Source: Malacoraja senta
Lineage: Eukaryota
Length of the DNA stretch: 64,000 nt
Reading direction: 5' to 3'
NCBI GenBank assembly: GCA_038087875.1
Contig: JAXLNO010000028.1
Location: forward strand, 1-64,000
Shown here: piece by piece, positions 37,123 through 49,989 of the stretch
How positions within the stretch are numbered: the first letter of the stretch is position 1
Layout: each line of letters starts with the position of its first letter
Position numbers and translations under genes: made by a program
The notes under the pieces: generated by a model
The model's input: the letters and a program-made list of their open reading frames with translations, nothing else
The model's database searches: none
Told to the model about the DNA's origin: nothing

Positions 37123-37283
37123 GTTTTAGAAAGAACTGCAGAAGCTGGAAAAATCTAAGTTCCCCCCCCCCCTTCCCCCGACATCAGTCTGAAGAAGGGT
37201 CTCGACCCGAAACGTCGCCTATTCCATCGCTCCATAGATGCTGCCTCACCCGCTGAGTTTCTCCAGCATTTTCATCTACCTTG
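37123..37283 (+). mobile_element. Short Penelope-like element with hammerhead core, inverted 5' segment and 12-bp TSD
   Basis: CTGAAGA-A-GGGT[CTCG]ACCC-GAAA-CGTC at 37189-37216; TSD aaactatctttt at 37111-37122 and 37284-37295. Confidence 0.82.
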
Positions 37284-38396
37284 AAACTATCTTTTATCAG
37301 TCTCCAATGTTATATCTTGCACTGAATGCTGTACCCTTTATCCTTCATCAGTGCACTGTGGATGACTTGATTGTATTCATGTATCGTTTTTTTCTCTAAC
37401 TGGATAGCACGCAAACAAAAGTGTTTCACTGTATCTTGGTACATGTGACAATAATATAATAAACTAAACTAAACCGCCACATTTAGAAATGCATTTGAAA
37501 GTGTGCTTGAAGAGCTGTGAAGGGCTTCGGACCTAGTTTAAACAAATCACTCATTTTATCAGTCATCAACCACTGTATTTGAAACATTATTTGGGAACTA
37601 CTTCATGTAAATGATGGAACATTTCACATTAAAAATTACCACCTCATCCCAATTTTCAGAACAAAAAAGGCAACTGAGATTTACAGCCAACTCATAAAAT
37701 TCAGGGTTGATGGAGAAGAATACAAGAATTTTGTTTTCCTGGTCTATTTAAAGGTTGAGAGACCGGCAAGGTGAGTTCTGCAAGGCTTTGCACAGCCCTA
37801 CAGATGACTCATTTCAGAGGCAGCACATTGGGAATTATTTGATTCAATTGCTGCGTGACCTATAAACACTCAACTTGGCACTGCAGAAGGACTGCGGTCT
37901 TTGAGCCATGAGGTGCAACCTTACATTCCATTCCATGTTCATCAATTTAGAGAAGGAAATATTGGGTGAGGGAATTCCACAGCTAAAGTTTTTTTTTCAG
38001 ATGAAAGCAAAATCAGCAACTTAAGTGATTAAATGTGGGGATGTGCAACGGTCCAGAACCGGAAACCATAGATGCATTAGAGCTGCAAATTAAAACATTT
38101 ATTTGCACTGCAAGTTAAAAAGTCTAGGATGAAAGAGGTTGGGCAGGGATCTGAAAATAAGATCCGATCAAAGCAAATGATTGCATAACCAAGTCATAGG
38201 ACCTAAGGTCAATTAAAACAGCGATGGTGGGCAAGGTACATGTTAGATCACAGGCAACAGAGATATGGGGTGGCTTAAAGTTTGCAAAGGGAGGTGGTGG
38301 CATTCCAGCTTGGGAGTCTTATGGTGCTGGTAGTATTGGTTTATTATTGTTACGTGTACAAAGATGTAGTGAAAATTGCATGCTATCCAGTCAAAT

Positions 38397-39084
38397 TGTG
38401 GAAGAAAAATTAATTAATATCCTTCGTTCTTTAATTGGAATTGAACAAGGTAACGAAAGGGTGTTTTGGATGTGACAATTGCCAGCTCTCGCTTGACCAG
38501 GTGCAGAAGAAATTCGTGAGAATCGACAGTAAGATTAGATGTATTACCTCCAGTCTGGGAATGAGACAAATTGTGGATGATAAATGTCAACATGAAATGG
38601 GAGGAGATAACGAAGCTTGTTTACATTTCTGAGAAGTTACAGTAGATCACCCATGCCCTCTACTGCTAGTAGCATAGATACGTTGCAGTAAATGGGAGGC
38701 TTATGATCGGCTCGGAATGGGGACGCTTGAAAGATGAGATAGAATAATGTCAAGATTCCCTTGTTTTGCATTTGATTTGTATTAACCATCTGTTGTTGAA
38801 TAAGATTAACATAAGCGAACAGTATGTTATGAATAATGAAATAATTGGAACCCATGTGGTGATAGAATGTTTTGTAGAATAGTATCTAACAAAGCTAAAC
38901 AAAAGTTATTTACTTCACAGTATAACTGTTGGCTAATTCTGCTTGGAAGTCAGAGAACCGGTGAGCAGGTTTCTGCAGCCATCTCTCCATGATATCATGC
39001 AATAAAGTCTTCTTGAAGCAAACCTGCGAAGTCTGTAACTTTTCGTTTTTCCTTTTATTTCCCTCTAAATTAATTTCTTCCACA
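38397..39084 (+). repeat. ERV 5' LTR (688 bp)
   Basis: Terminal inverted repeat tgtggaagaaaaattaatt / aattaatttcttccaca; AATAAA at 39001; PBS follows 5 nt downstream. Confidence 0.75.
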
Positions 39085-39089
39085 GAATT

Positions 39090-39107
39090 TGGCATAGTCG
39101 ACAGGAT
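39090..39107 (+). promoter_or_regulatory. Primer binding site, tRNA-Ser type
   Basis: TGGCATAGTCGACAGGAT matches 16/18 of TGGCGTAGTCGGCAGGAT, the complement of the vertebrate tRNA-Ser 3' end (recalled from memory). Confidence 0.8.
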
Positions 39108-39972
39108 CCCAATTGTAACGGGATTCGGTGAATATAGAGGGAAATAAAAGGGAATGATAAAATAGTCCTGTATAGTCCTAACTGAAAAGAGGACGGGAGG
39201 GCTTCCCAGAGAAGGGAGAGCCCCTAGGCAACCTATTGGCCGATGACTCACGCTGAGCCAAGATACTTATTAGGGTTGAGGCAAGATGCGGGGAAGATAA
39301 ATTTAGTTACGCTGGGCGTCGAGGATAAATTGAAGTAGGTGCCGTAAAGCGCGCGATAGAAATTGAAAGGTGACTTCAAGGTTTGCAAATGGAGTAAAGC
39401 CAGTGCTCGCAAATGTAAATAGAATATTAAAAGACATTGTCCGCGGAAACCTAATTTTGTTTTACAGACTTGAGAGAAAAATATGGCAGGCAACAGCAGT
39501 CGATCGGAGAAATCTGATCCGACTGAGGAAAAGAAACAGGTGGTCCAGAAGGGAAAGATGCAGATAAGAAAGAACACTGCAAAGGTGATAAAAAAAAAGA
39601 CTAAGACACCAGGAAGAGGTAGGAGATCCCATTGTTCAACTGGGATCGCCAGCAAATGTAATAAACAAGTACAGAGATGACTAATGTCCGGTACATCTTT
39701 ATGGTAATCTAGCTGATCAATTAAATGGAAATTGGCAAGTTAAGGGACGTTATACACTATCTCTGTCCTACTCATCTCTAAAACAAAAGAAATGGGTTGG
39801 CGAGATGGGAGCACAATTGATATTTGCCATGGAAGTGTTATTAATGATAGTTGGAGGGGTAAGTGTAACTTTAAAATTGATGGAAATAATAAGGAGATGG
39901 ACGGGGCTGGAGAAGAGACACCAGCTCCTAGAGGAGGAGAAAGGTGTTAAGCAGAAAGAAGGAAATGAGGGA

Positions 39973-40293
39973 CCTATGTTGGGGGAGTCCAGAACCAGGG
40001 GCCACAGTTTAAGAATAAGGAGTAAGCCATTTAGAATGGAGACGAGGAAACACTTTTTCTCACAGAGAGTGGTGAGTCTGTGGAATTCTCTGCCTCAGAG
40101 GGTGGTGGAGGCCAGTTCTCTGGATGCTTTCAAGAGAGAGTTAGATAGGGCTCTTAAAAATAGCGGTCAGGGGATATGGGGAGAAGGCAGGAACGGGGTA
40201 CTGATTGGGGATGATCAGCCATGATCACATTGAATGGCGGTGCTGGCTCGAAGGGCCAAATGGCCTACTCCTGCACCTATTGTCTATTGTCTA
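39973..40293 (+). mobile_element. CR1 3' fragment (family B-like) inside ERV gag
   Basis: MLGESRTRGHSLRIR..FFSQRVVSLWNSLP and a (ctattgt)n tail. Confidence 0.85.
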
Positions 40294-40705
40294 TAATATC
40301 AAAGCAGGTGGCAGCAAAGTGATGACCAACAGGCTCAGGGAAATGAGTCCCTCACTCACTGGTTGGCCCACAGAGGAAAGGAGGCTATAATGGGGGGGGG
40401 GGGGGAGCAAGAAAACATAGTGATATAGGGGAGGTGGTGCGATGCTTGCAACACAAAGACCAGACGATCCCAGATTGGATAGCCCAATTTAAGAGTAAGT
40501 GAGTGGAACATGCCGGAGGGTCCCGAGCTGAAAATGGGCCTCTAGCTGTTCACACTTTACTAAATTGTTTGCTGCCCCGACAGGCTCAAGCTTTTAAATT
40601 GGTAAATCTAGATTGGTAAATTTAGCCGTGGGAGAATGTGATCACAGCGCTTATGAACATGACAGTGGAAGGGGACAATGGCAATTAAAAGATACAACAC
40701 GAGGT

Positions 40706-42977
40706 ACATATAACCATATAACAATTACAGCACGGAAACAGGCCATCTCGACCCTTCTAGCCTGTGCCGAACACGTATTCTCCCCTAGTCCCATATACCT
40801 GCGCTCAGACCATAACCCTCCATTCCTTTCCCGTCCATATAACTATCCAATTTATTTTTAAATGATAAAAACGAACCTGCCTCCACCACCTTCACTGGAA
40901 GCTCATTCCACACAAACACCACTCTCTGAGTAAAGAAGTTCCCCTTCATGTTACCCCTAAACTTCTGTCCCTTAATTCTCAAGTCATGTCCCCTTGTTTG
41001 AATCTTCCCTACTCTCAGTGGGAAAAGCTTATCCACGTCAACTCTGTCAATCCCTCTCATCATTTTAAAGACTTCTATCAAGTCCCCCCTTAACCTTCTG
41101 CGCTCCAAAGAATAAAGCCATAACTTGTTCAACCTTTCTCTGTAACTTAGTTGTTGAAACCCAGGCAACATTCTAGTAAATCTCCTCTGTACTCTCTCTA
41201 TTTTGTTGACATCCTTCCTATAATTAGGCGACCAAAATTGTACACCATACTCCAGAATTGGACTCACCAATGCCTTGTACAATTTTAACATTACATCCCA
41301 ACTTCTATACTCAATGCTCTGATTTATAAAAGCCAGCACACCAAAAGCTTTCTTTACCACCCTATCTACATGAGATTCCACTTTCAGGGAACTGTGCACA
41401 GTTATTCCAAGATCCCTCTGTTCACCTGCATTCTTCAATTCCCTACCATTTACCATGTACGTCCTATTTTGATTTGTCCTGCCAAGATGTAGCACCTCAC
41501 ACTTATCAGCATTAAACTCCATCTGCCATCTTTCAGCCCACTCTTCCAACCGGCATAAATCTCTCTGTAGACTTTGAAAATCTACTTCATTATCCACAGC
41601 CCCACCTATCTTAGTATCATCTGCATACTTACTAATCCAATTTACCACACCATCATCCAGATCATTGATGTACATGACAAACAACAGTGGACCCAACACA
41701 GATCCCTGTGGCACCCCACTAGTCACTGGCCTCCAACCTGACAAACAACCATCCACCATTACTCTCTGGCATCTCCCATTCAGCCACTGTTGAATCCATC
41801 TTGCTACTCCACCATTAATACCCAACTTCTTAACCTTCTTAACCAACCTTCCATGAGGAACCTTGTCAAAGGCCTTACTGAAGTCCATATATACAACATC
41901 CACGGCTTTACCCTCATCAATTTCCCGAGTAACCTCTTCAAAAAAGTTCAAGATTTGTCAAACATGACCTTCCAGGCACAAATCCATGTTGACTGTTCCT
42001 AATCAGCCCCTGTTTATCCAGATGCTTATATATATTATCTCTAAGTATCCTTTCCATTAATTTGCCCACCACTGACGTCAAACTAACAGGTCTATAATTG
42101 CTAGGTTTACTCTTAGACCCCTTTTTAAACAATGGAACAACATGCGCAGTACGCCAATCCTCCGGCGCTATTGCCGTTTCCAATGACATTTGAAATATTT
42201 CTGTCATAGCCCCTGCTATTTCTACACTAACTTCCCTCAATGTCCTAGGGAATATCCTGTCCGGACCTGGAGACTTATCCACTTTTATATTTCTCAAAAG
42301 TGTCAGTACTTCTTCTTCTTTGAATCTCATAGTTTCCATAGCTACTCTACTTGTTTTCCTTACCTCACATAATTCAATATCCTTCTCCTTGGTGAATACC
42401 GAAGAAAAGAAATTGTTCAGTATCTCCCCCATCTCTTTTGGCTCTGCAGATACCTGTCCACTCTGACTCTCTAATGGACCAATTTTATCCCTCGTTATCC
42501 TTTTGCTATTAATATAGCTGTAGAAACCCTTTGGATTTACTTTCACCTTACTTGCCAAAGCAACCTCATATCTTCTTTTAGCTTTTCTAATTTCTTTCTT
42601 AAGACTCTTTTTACATTTTTTATACTCCTCAAGCACCTCATTTACTCCATGCTGCCTATAATTATTGTAGATCTCTCTCTTTTTCCGAACTAAGTGTCCA
42701 ATTGGCTCTTTCCAATTTTTACTATTTCCTTTCAACCGAACAGGGACATAAAGATTCTGTACTCTTAAAATTTCACCTTTAAATGTCCTCCATTTCTCTT
42801 CCACATCTTTCCCATAAAACAAACTGTCCCAATTTACTCCTTTTAAATCCTTTCGCATCTCCTCAAAGTTAGCCTTTCTCCAATCAAAAATCTCAACCCT
42901 AGGTCCAGTTCTGACCCTCTCCATAATTATATTGAAACTAATGGTATTGTGATCACTGGTCCCGAACTGTTCCCCAA
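40706..42977 (-). mobile_element. 5'-truncated CR1 (family A) inside ERV gag
   Basis: ORFs 41938..43032 and 40785..41951 closely match 32610-34809; catataac tail. Confidence 0.92.
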
Positions 42978-43796
42978 TGCTGGAGATGTGGTAAGAAAGG
43001 GCATTGCGCTCGAGATTGCAGATGTTCCCCACAGCTACAGTCAGGGAACGTCCAACAGGGAGGATGTCTAGCCCCTTACTGTACTTTTATAATCTCTAGA
43101 ACGGCCCCACTCCCGTTACTGGGAAGACCGGCTCTGTGTAAACTGGGAGCGGTCTTACACTGTACTGCACACGGTATGTTTATGGAACTCCCTCAAATGC
43201 AGACACATCAATTGTTAAATTTAACTGAAGAAGAACAAGGGCAAAAGATGCCCATTTTTATATTGTTGGCAATTAAGCAGTAATCCATAGTCAATTGGTT
43301 AATCAAATCTATTGTGCTCTGTAAAGAGTGCAGGATTCAAAAGGCCAGTATTTACAGTATCTTGTTGAAACTAGCCAAGAAGATAAGGGGACGCATTGCA
43401 CTGAATTATATACGTGCATCCCTAATCCCAGATACCAGGAAAGAGTCTCCCCCTGGTTGAATAAACTCGAACAATTAACAGTGACCCCTTATTTGTTTTT
43501 TGGGGTCCCTGGATTAGGAATGATGGTCCACCTCTCACAAGACTAAAGGGAGACACCTCTGAGTCACACTTGACTGTAGCTAATAGACCTCCAGCAACAG
43601 CGAAGGAAATAAGAGAAATGATTTTTTAAAAAGGACAGTCAATTCATGTTTTAAAGTTGCCAATGACACAGAAGGAAAGATCACATAGGTCAGAAAGGTA
43701 TGGGACAGCCGCCTAGGGCTCGAAGGGCCGAATTGCCTCCTCCTGCACCTATTTTCTATGTTTCTATGTTTCTAAGATTGTGACCATGATTGTCTA

Positions 43797-44183
43797 TTGC
43801 TTGTAGAAGCCATTGCTACTCCCCGGCTGGACTTAAAAAGTCAACCAATTGATAATCCTAATCTGGTCCTATTTACTGATGGCTCTTCACACCGACACAG
43901 CGATGGCAGATTATTAGCAGGATATGCAGTGGTCACACCACACCAAGTGCTGGAGGCATACGCTTTACCATCTGAAACGTCCGCTCAGGCAGCTGAGCTG
44001 CATGCCCTGACTCGTGCCTGCATATTGGTAAAAGATAAAAGTGCTAATATCTACACTGATTCTTGCTATGCGTTTGGGGTTGTACATGACTTTGGGCAGT
44101 TATGGGAAAATGGAGGATTCATCACATCAACAGGAAAGACTATTAAGCATGATAAACTGGTCTTAATTTTATTGGATGCTATT
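43797..44183 (+). pseudogene. ERV pol RNase H domain
   Basis: LFTDGSS, AGYAVV, SAQAAELHALTRAC and NIYTDSCYAFGVVHDFGQLW motifs. Confidence 0.9.
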
Positions 44184-47100
44184 TGTTGATTTGTAGTCCT
44201 TATAATAACAGTGGCCTCACATCATGTCAGGTTATATAGGGTTTATTGGGAACAAGCAATACAAGTTCTCACTTGAGAGTTCACTTTAAGACTAACGGAA
44301 TGCAGCAGACAAGCTAGTGGGCGTAACTACAAATGCATGACTCATAACATGAGCCACTAATCTACATCCCCCCTCTTAAAGAATCAATAACGAGTTGAAC
44401 GGGTTGAACAAGTTAGGTCTTTATTAGGTTGAATAAGTTAGGTCTTTATTCTTTGGAGCGCAGAAGGTTAAGGGGGGACTTGATAGAGGTCTTTAAAATT
44501 ATGAGCTGGTTAGACAGAGTTGACGTGGATAAGCTTTTTCCATTGAGAGTAGGGAAGATTCAAACAAGAAGACATGATTTGAGAATTAAGGGACAAAAGT
44601 TTAGGGGCAACATGAGGGGGAACTTCTTTACTCAGAGAGTGGTAGCTGTGTGGAATTGGCTTCCAGTGGAAGTGGTGAAGGCAGGTTCGTTTTTATAATT
44701 TAAAAATAAATTCGATAGGTATATGGACGGGAAAGGAACGGAGGGTTATGGTCTGAGTGCAGTTAGATGGGACTAGGTGAGAGTAAGTGTTCGGCACGGA
44801 CTAGAAGGGCCGAGATGGCCTGTTTCCGTGCTGTAATTGTTATATGGTTATATGGTATACCCATAACTAAGCACAGCAAATATCACAACTGATGGCAGAC
44901 TGGTGGAAAGTCATACATAGTCCGGATACTTCACGACCGGCCTGCAAACACGACCGGCACGTGTACGATAGCCATCTCCATTCTTTTTCTCCGGGGAAAG
45001 AGCAGGCAATTTCACCGCTGGGGGGGGAGTGGACCAACGCCTCTGGAGTCAAAGCAGGAGACTGTGGTGCAGGCGAAGACGGAACAGACAGAGGAACTGT
45101 CGCAGGCATGGATTGTTGTTGCTCATGCCAGGTCCAAGCAGAGTCCTTGTGTGTGAGATGGCGCAATGGGGCTGATATTTCGCTGAAATCTGGAATGAAT
45201 TTGCTCAAATAGTTTGCCATGCCAAGGAATCTCTGCAAGCTGGGCACACCCGTGGATGCTGGAAGTTCATTAATAGCACTGGTTTTCGCTGGATCAGTTT
45301 TCAGGCTGTCCTTGGTAAATATATAAGGTCTAGGTATTTTACCTCATTCACTTTGAATCTGCAATTTTTAGGATTGAGTTTGAGATGGATGGCCTCGGCA
45401 CGCTTCATTACTTTTGTCAGATTGGCATCATGTTCCTCGATCGTTTTTCCAGCAATAAGGATATCGTCCACTACGATGGAGCATGGGTATCCGGCAAACA
45501 ATTGTTCCATGGATTGTTGAAATACTTCACTTGGCAGAACTTATACCAAAGGGCATCCTCAAAAATGTATAACGTCCGAACGGAGTACTGAAAGATGTCA
45601 GCTTGGAGGATTTATGTTCCAGTGGAATCTCCCAGAATGAACTCTTGTCATCTAGCACTATGAATACAGTTACTTCGGCCATCTGCGCCGCAATCTCGTC
45701 CACCGAACGCATTGGATAACGTGGTCTCTTAATTGCTGTATTTAGGTCCTTGGGGTTAATGCAAATCCGTATCTCATCTTTATTCTTCTTAGTAGCGACA
45801 ACCATTGAGGAGACCCAGTCTGAGGGTTCAGTTACGGGAGTAATCACACCACGATCCACCATTCTGTTAAGTTCACGTTGTACACGATCCCGCATAGCAT
45901 GAGGAATTTTGTGAGCCGGACGAACAACTGGGGTTGCCTCAGGGTTAATAGTAATCGTGTGTCTCGCAGGCAACCTGCCCAGCTCGTCGTTAAACAAATC
46001 CTTGTATTGTGTTAAAATGTGATGTGTAAAATCACAGCCTATAGTCAGTGGACAGACTGAAGGGCTGAAGGAAATCAAACCCATGTCATGGCATGCATCG
46101 GCACCCAGTACGGATGGTACCTTCTCGCGTATCACGTAGAAATCCAGGATGTGGTCATGCGCGTTGAGACGGCAACGTAACTTTACTTGGCCGATAGGGT
46201 GTAGTGATGCACCATGAAAGGAGATAAGTGATGCAGTCGTCTGAGTTAGAGTTTCTGTGTTTTACAGCAGTTGGAAGACAGCCAGCGAAATTGTGTTGCA
46301 TCGAGCTCCGCTATCGACCTTAAGGTAAAGGGTTTTGCCGTTAATGAGCAATCCGACCTTGGGATCCAGTTTGGACGCTGAGCCAGACAAAGCATGCACA
46401 TTAATCTCTGTGCTGTCACCATCTGTTTGTGCGAACTCGGAGCTAGGATATTCATCCTGGTTTAACGAGTTGACAGACTGTCTCGTTTGAAATCTGTTGT
46501 TTCGTGATCTGCAGCATTTCGCAAAATGATTTCTTTTATTGCAAAACCTACAGAGTTTTTCATATGCAGGGCACCGTTCGCGAACTGCAATTAAATCAAT
46601 TAGCAATCCATCTTGTGCTGCGAACTGGCCACTGGAACGGGCGAGCAGTAATTTGATTAGACACATTGGCTGCATTGACTTCACGACCAGCAGAAGATGT
46701 TAGCGTTTTAATGTGGGCATGGGTTAACTCAGCTATACGACAGCGGTTTTCGACAGCTTCTAAGGTCAGGCCAACTTCTCGTAGCAATTCATCGCGTAGT
46801 TTATCATTCACTATGCCATGTATTAAGCGGCCTCTTATCAAACTATGTTCCATTTCTCTAAAATCGCATTGACTAGTGACATGCTTCAGTGCACTAACAT
46901 ATAGCTCGAGCGGTTCTCCTTGTTTTTGACACTTTGAACAAAAATTGTCGTTCAATGCTCACATTAATTTGTAACTCACATAGTTGTCGGAATTTGCGTA
47001 GGAGGCATTGAGGATCACGGTCAGACTCTGCTGGAATCTGTAAACCATTAGCATCAACTCCAGCCGGTGCATAGTGAAATCTTCTGGCACGTCGAGCAGC

Positions 47101-47488
47101 TTCAGTGCCTGCTAAGTTAAGGAGGATTGATGCACGGAGAGCAGGAGTAGCAGCTGGATACGCTGCATCAATGTAGATTTAGAAATCTTCCTCCAATACA
47201 CGCCATCGCTCTGCAAGGTCTGCATCAAGCACCAAGACCTCCGGCTTCCTGAGAGCAGCAGCCAAAACCGCAGTAAAAAAAATAAACCAAGATAAAAACA
47301 ATATAATCAATTGAAGGGTGAGTTCATAAACCCTGACACCATGTTGATTTGTAGTCCTTATAATAACAGTGGCCTCACACCATGTCAGGTTATATAGAGT
47401 TTATTAGGAACAAGCAATACAAGTTCTTATTTGAGAGTTCACTTTAAGACTAACGGAATGCAACAGACCGTGACGCTAACAAGCTAGT
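44184..47488 (-). mobile_element. Ty3/Gypsy LTR retrotransposon (probably Mag-like), RNase H/integrase deleted, nested in the ERV
   Basis: LTRs at 44184-44366 and 47342-47488 (truncated); PBS TGGTGTCAG; PPT tttaagagggggga; Gag CPAYEKLCRFCNKRNHFAKCC; protease KVDSGA; RT IRICINPKDLN, RMPFGISSA and VVDDIL. Confidence 0.9.
44400..44857 (+). mobile_element. CR1 family A 3' fragment inside the Gypsy element
   Basis: NKLGLYSLERRRLRGDL peptide and ttatatgg tail. Confidence 0.88.
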
Positions 47489-47819
47489 TAGACAAACAGC
47501 TTGCCCTGAGGCAAACCCCGCAATTACAAGCGGTTTAAATTAAGTCTGCAGCACAAAGAAAGCTCCCGAGTAGCATTGATGTAACCCAGTTACAGGATGC
47601 CCAGAGCCTAGCATCACTTCAGGAAAATAATTCCTGGTGTAAAGCAGGGTGTTATCAAGACCCCATTTTCTGGGTCACATGGAAAGGGGGGGGGGAGGTG
47701 GCACATGCATTGTCCCAACAATGGTATGCCCGAGGGATATCAGTCAAAATTGATAAGGATGCATGAACATGTCTGGTGTGTCAACAAAATGATAGGGGGA
47801 AAACATCTGCAAAATTTGA

Positions 47820-48505
47820 TCACCTACCACAACCTGAAATGCCTTTTGAGAATTTGCAAATTGATTTTGTACATATGCCAGCAGCAAAAGGTTTTAAGTA
47901 CGTTCGGTCATAGTTGATATGTTCTCCAGATGGGTGGAAGCACATCCCCCAGGACGGATGATGCAAGGATGGTAGTCAATATTTTAAGGAAAAAAATAAT
48001 ACCAAGAATCAGTGTACCCATGGGAATAAATAGTGACAGAGGAACTCATTTCACCAGTAAATTAGTTCAAAACTTGACGAAGGCTTGAAATCAACCACAG
48101 TCCTCAGGGATGGTAGAAAGAGTAAATGGAAAGATAAAAGCTATTTTGGACAAAGTTTGCCATCAAAATAGGTTGTTGTGGCCAGACGCCATGCCCATAG
48201 TGATGTATGCCCTGAGAAAGAAGGTAGCTCTGATTTGGAATGATGAAAAATCCGTAAGATATGTTCAAGCCATGTGTGAAATAATTGGTACAATTTATGA
48301 GAAAGTTACGCAGGACAGGTCCCTCCGGTAGAAGGAAATATGCACCCGTTTAAACCAGGAGATCAGGTTTATGTGTGAGCAATGAATAATGATTCTTTCT
48401 CTCCTAGATGGAAAGGACTATATTTGGGGTGACTAACAACACGAACAGCAGTAAAAGTAAAAGAAAAACCCGAATGGGTACACGCTACCAGATGTAAACT
48501 GCATC
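47820..48505 (+). pseudogene. ERV integrase remnant
   Basis: PFENLQIDFVHMP, VIVDMFSRWVEA, NSDRGTHFT, PQSSGMVERVNG and PRWKG..TAVKV..WVHATRCK, with frameshifts. Confidence 0.85.
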
Positions 48506-48769
48506 AGATGGAACCTTCGAAGAGAAGAAAACACAAGAATTGTAAAAGTTTATAATGATAAATAAAGAGTATTAAAATGTAGACATATTCCTTATTAACT
48601 ATTTTTGTAGTATTAAAAACTTATGAATATACTAACATTGTGTGGGATCAGAGAGGATGAGGGTGAAGGAGTATGAAATCAACGAACAACTTTCACACAG
48701 AAAATAGTGAATTTGCTGCTCTAAGTAAACAAGCTTCCATATCTGATTAGAATTTGTGCCCATATTAAT

Positions 48770-49722
48770 TAATAATAATAATAATTCATTTTATTTACTG
48801 GCGCCTTTCTAAAACCCAAGGACACCTTACAAGGCATAGAATCACAAAAATACAAAACACATAATCGGAATAAATTAAATATAAAAACACCACAGTACAC
48901 AAATCAAGGACAGAATTCAATTTCAAAAGCACAAAAAGAAAATAAGAAACACAATTTGAGGAGAGAGCAGCGGTGACCAATTCACGCCAGCGTCCACTCT
49001 CCCCTCCGACCGCCATCTTGCACACAGACTAACAGGCACAGCACACAAAAATCATCCCCCCACAATGACCACCACTGTGGGGGAAGGCACAATGTCCAGT
49101 CCCCAACCCAGTTCTCCCCAGAGTCAGGCCCAATGAGGCCTCCACAGTTGCCTCTACGGAGGCCCGATGTTCCTGGCCGTCGGGAGGGTCCTCGCAGCGG
49201 CTGGAACGGCCGGTTTCCCAGCGGAGTCGATGGCACCTGAAGCCAACAGGGCCGCGCCGATTTGGAGCCACGAGGCTCCCTATGTTGGAGTCGGCGCCGC
49301 CGCCCGCGGCTGGTCGCTCCGCAGTCCCGCAGCCCGGAGGTGTTGATCTCGGCGGTCAACGCATACCGGAGCTCCAGCGCGTCGATCCAGCGCGGCGACC
49401 CAGGCAAGGCATCGCCCGCTACGCTCCACGATAGCGCTCCAGCGCTGTGCCGCCACCGAAGCTGAAGGTGCTGGGCGGTCCCCGTCAGGAAACGGCGCTC
49501 CATGCCTGCTGGTAGGCCACGAGGACGGGTCGACAAGGCAGCCTGGAGAAAAAGCTGCCTCACCGACCAGGTAGGGACCCAGAAATAGTTTTCCCCTTAC
49601 CCCCCCCACATTAAAAGTCAAAATCCCCCAAACAAAGAAATAAAAAAAGCTAAAACTAAAGAAAAAGTGAATTTGATGGACGGCTGCTGTTTAGCAGCCG
49701 TTCCTCCAAGATGGCGGCTCCT
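48770..49722 (-). mobile_element. GC-rich non-coding retroposon with an L2-like 3' tail
   Basis: The minus strand ends tgtaaggtgtccttgggttttagaaaggcgcc..aaataaaatg(att)n and starts with GCCGCCATCTTG. Confidence 0.5.
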
Positions 49723-49989
49723 CCAATGCTTTGCTTGCTCAAGGACAGATTCCAACCAAAAATTATAATTGGACGTATATGGCTCAATTTTTGTTGACAG
49801 ATTGGGAGAAAAGGTTACACCCATGACTTGAGAGGTCCTTTCAGTAGTTTGATAACAGCGGGGAAAACGCTGATTCCACTTATGGAAGTACATGCTTTCA
49901 AAATAATAGTTTCTTCTGTCTAATGGGAGAGGGGAAAAGAGGGAATGAGCAGGATATGTGGTTTTATAATATACTGGTTACTTTTCAGA

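Larger units (their letters stand above)
38397..48700 (+). mobile_element. Degenerate class I (gamma/epsilon-like) endogenous retrovirus; 3' LTR not found
   Basis: LTR, PBS, Gag knuckle CWRCGKKGHCARDC (42978-43019), RNase H and integrase remnants in retroviral order. Confidence 0.85.
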
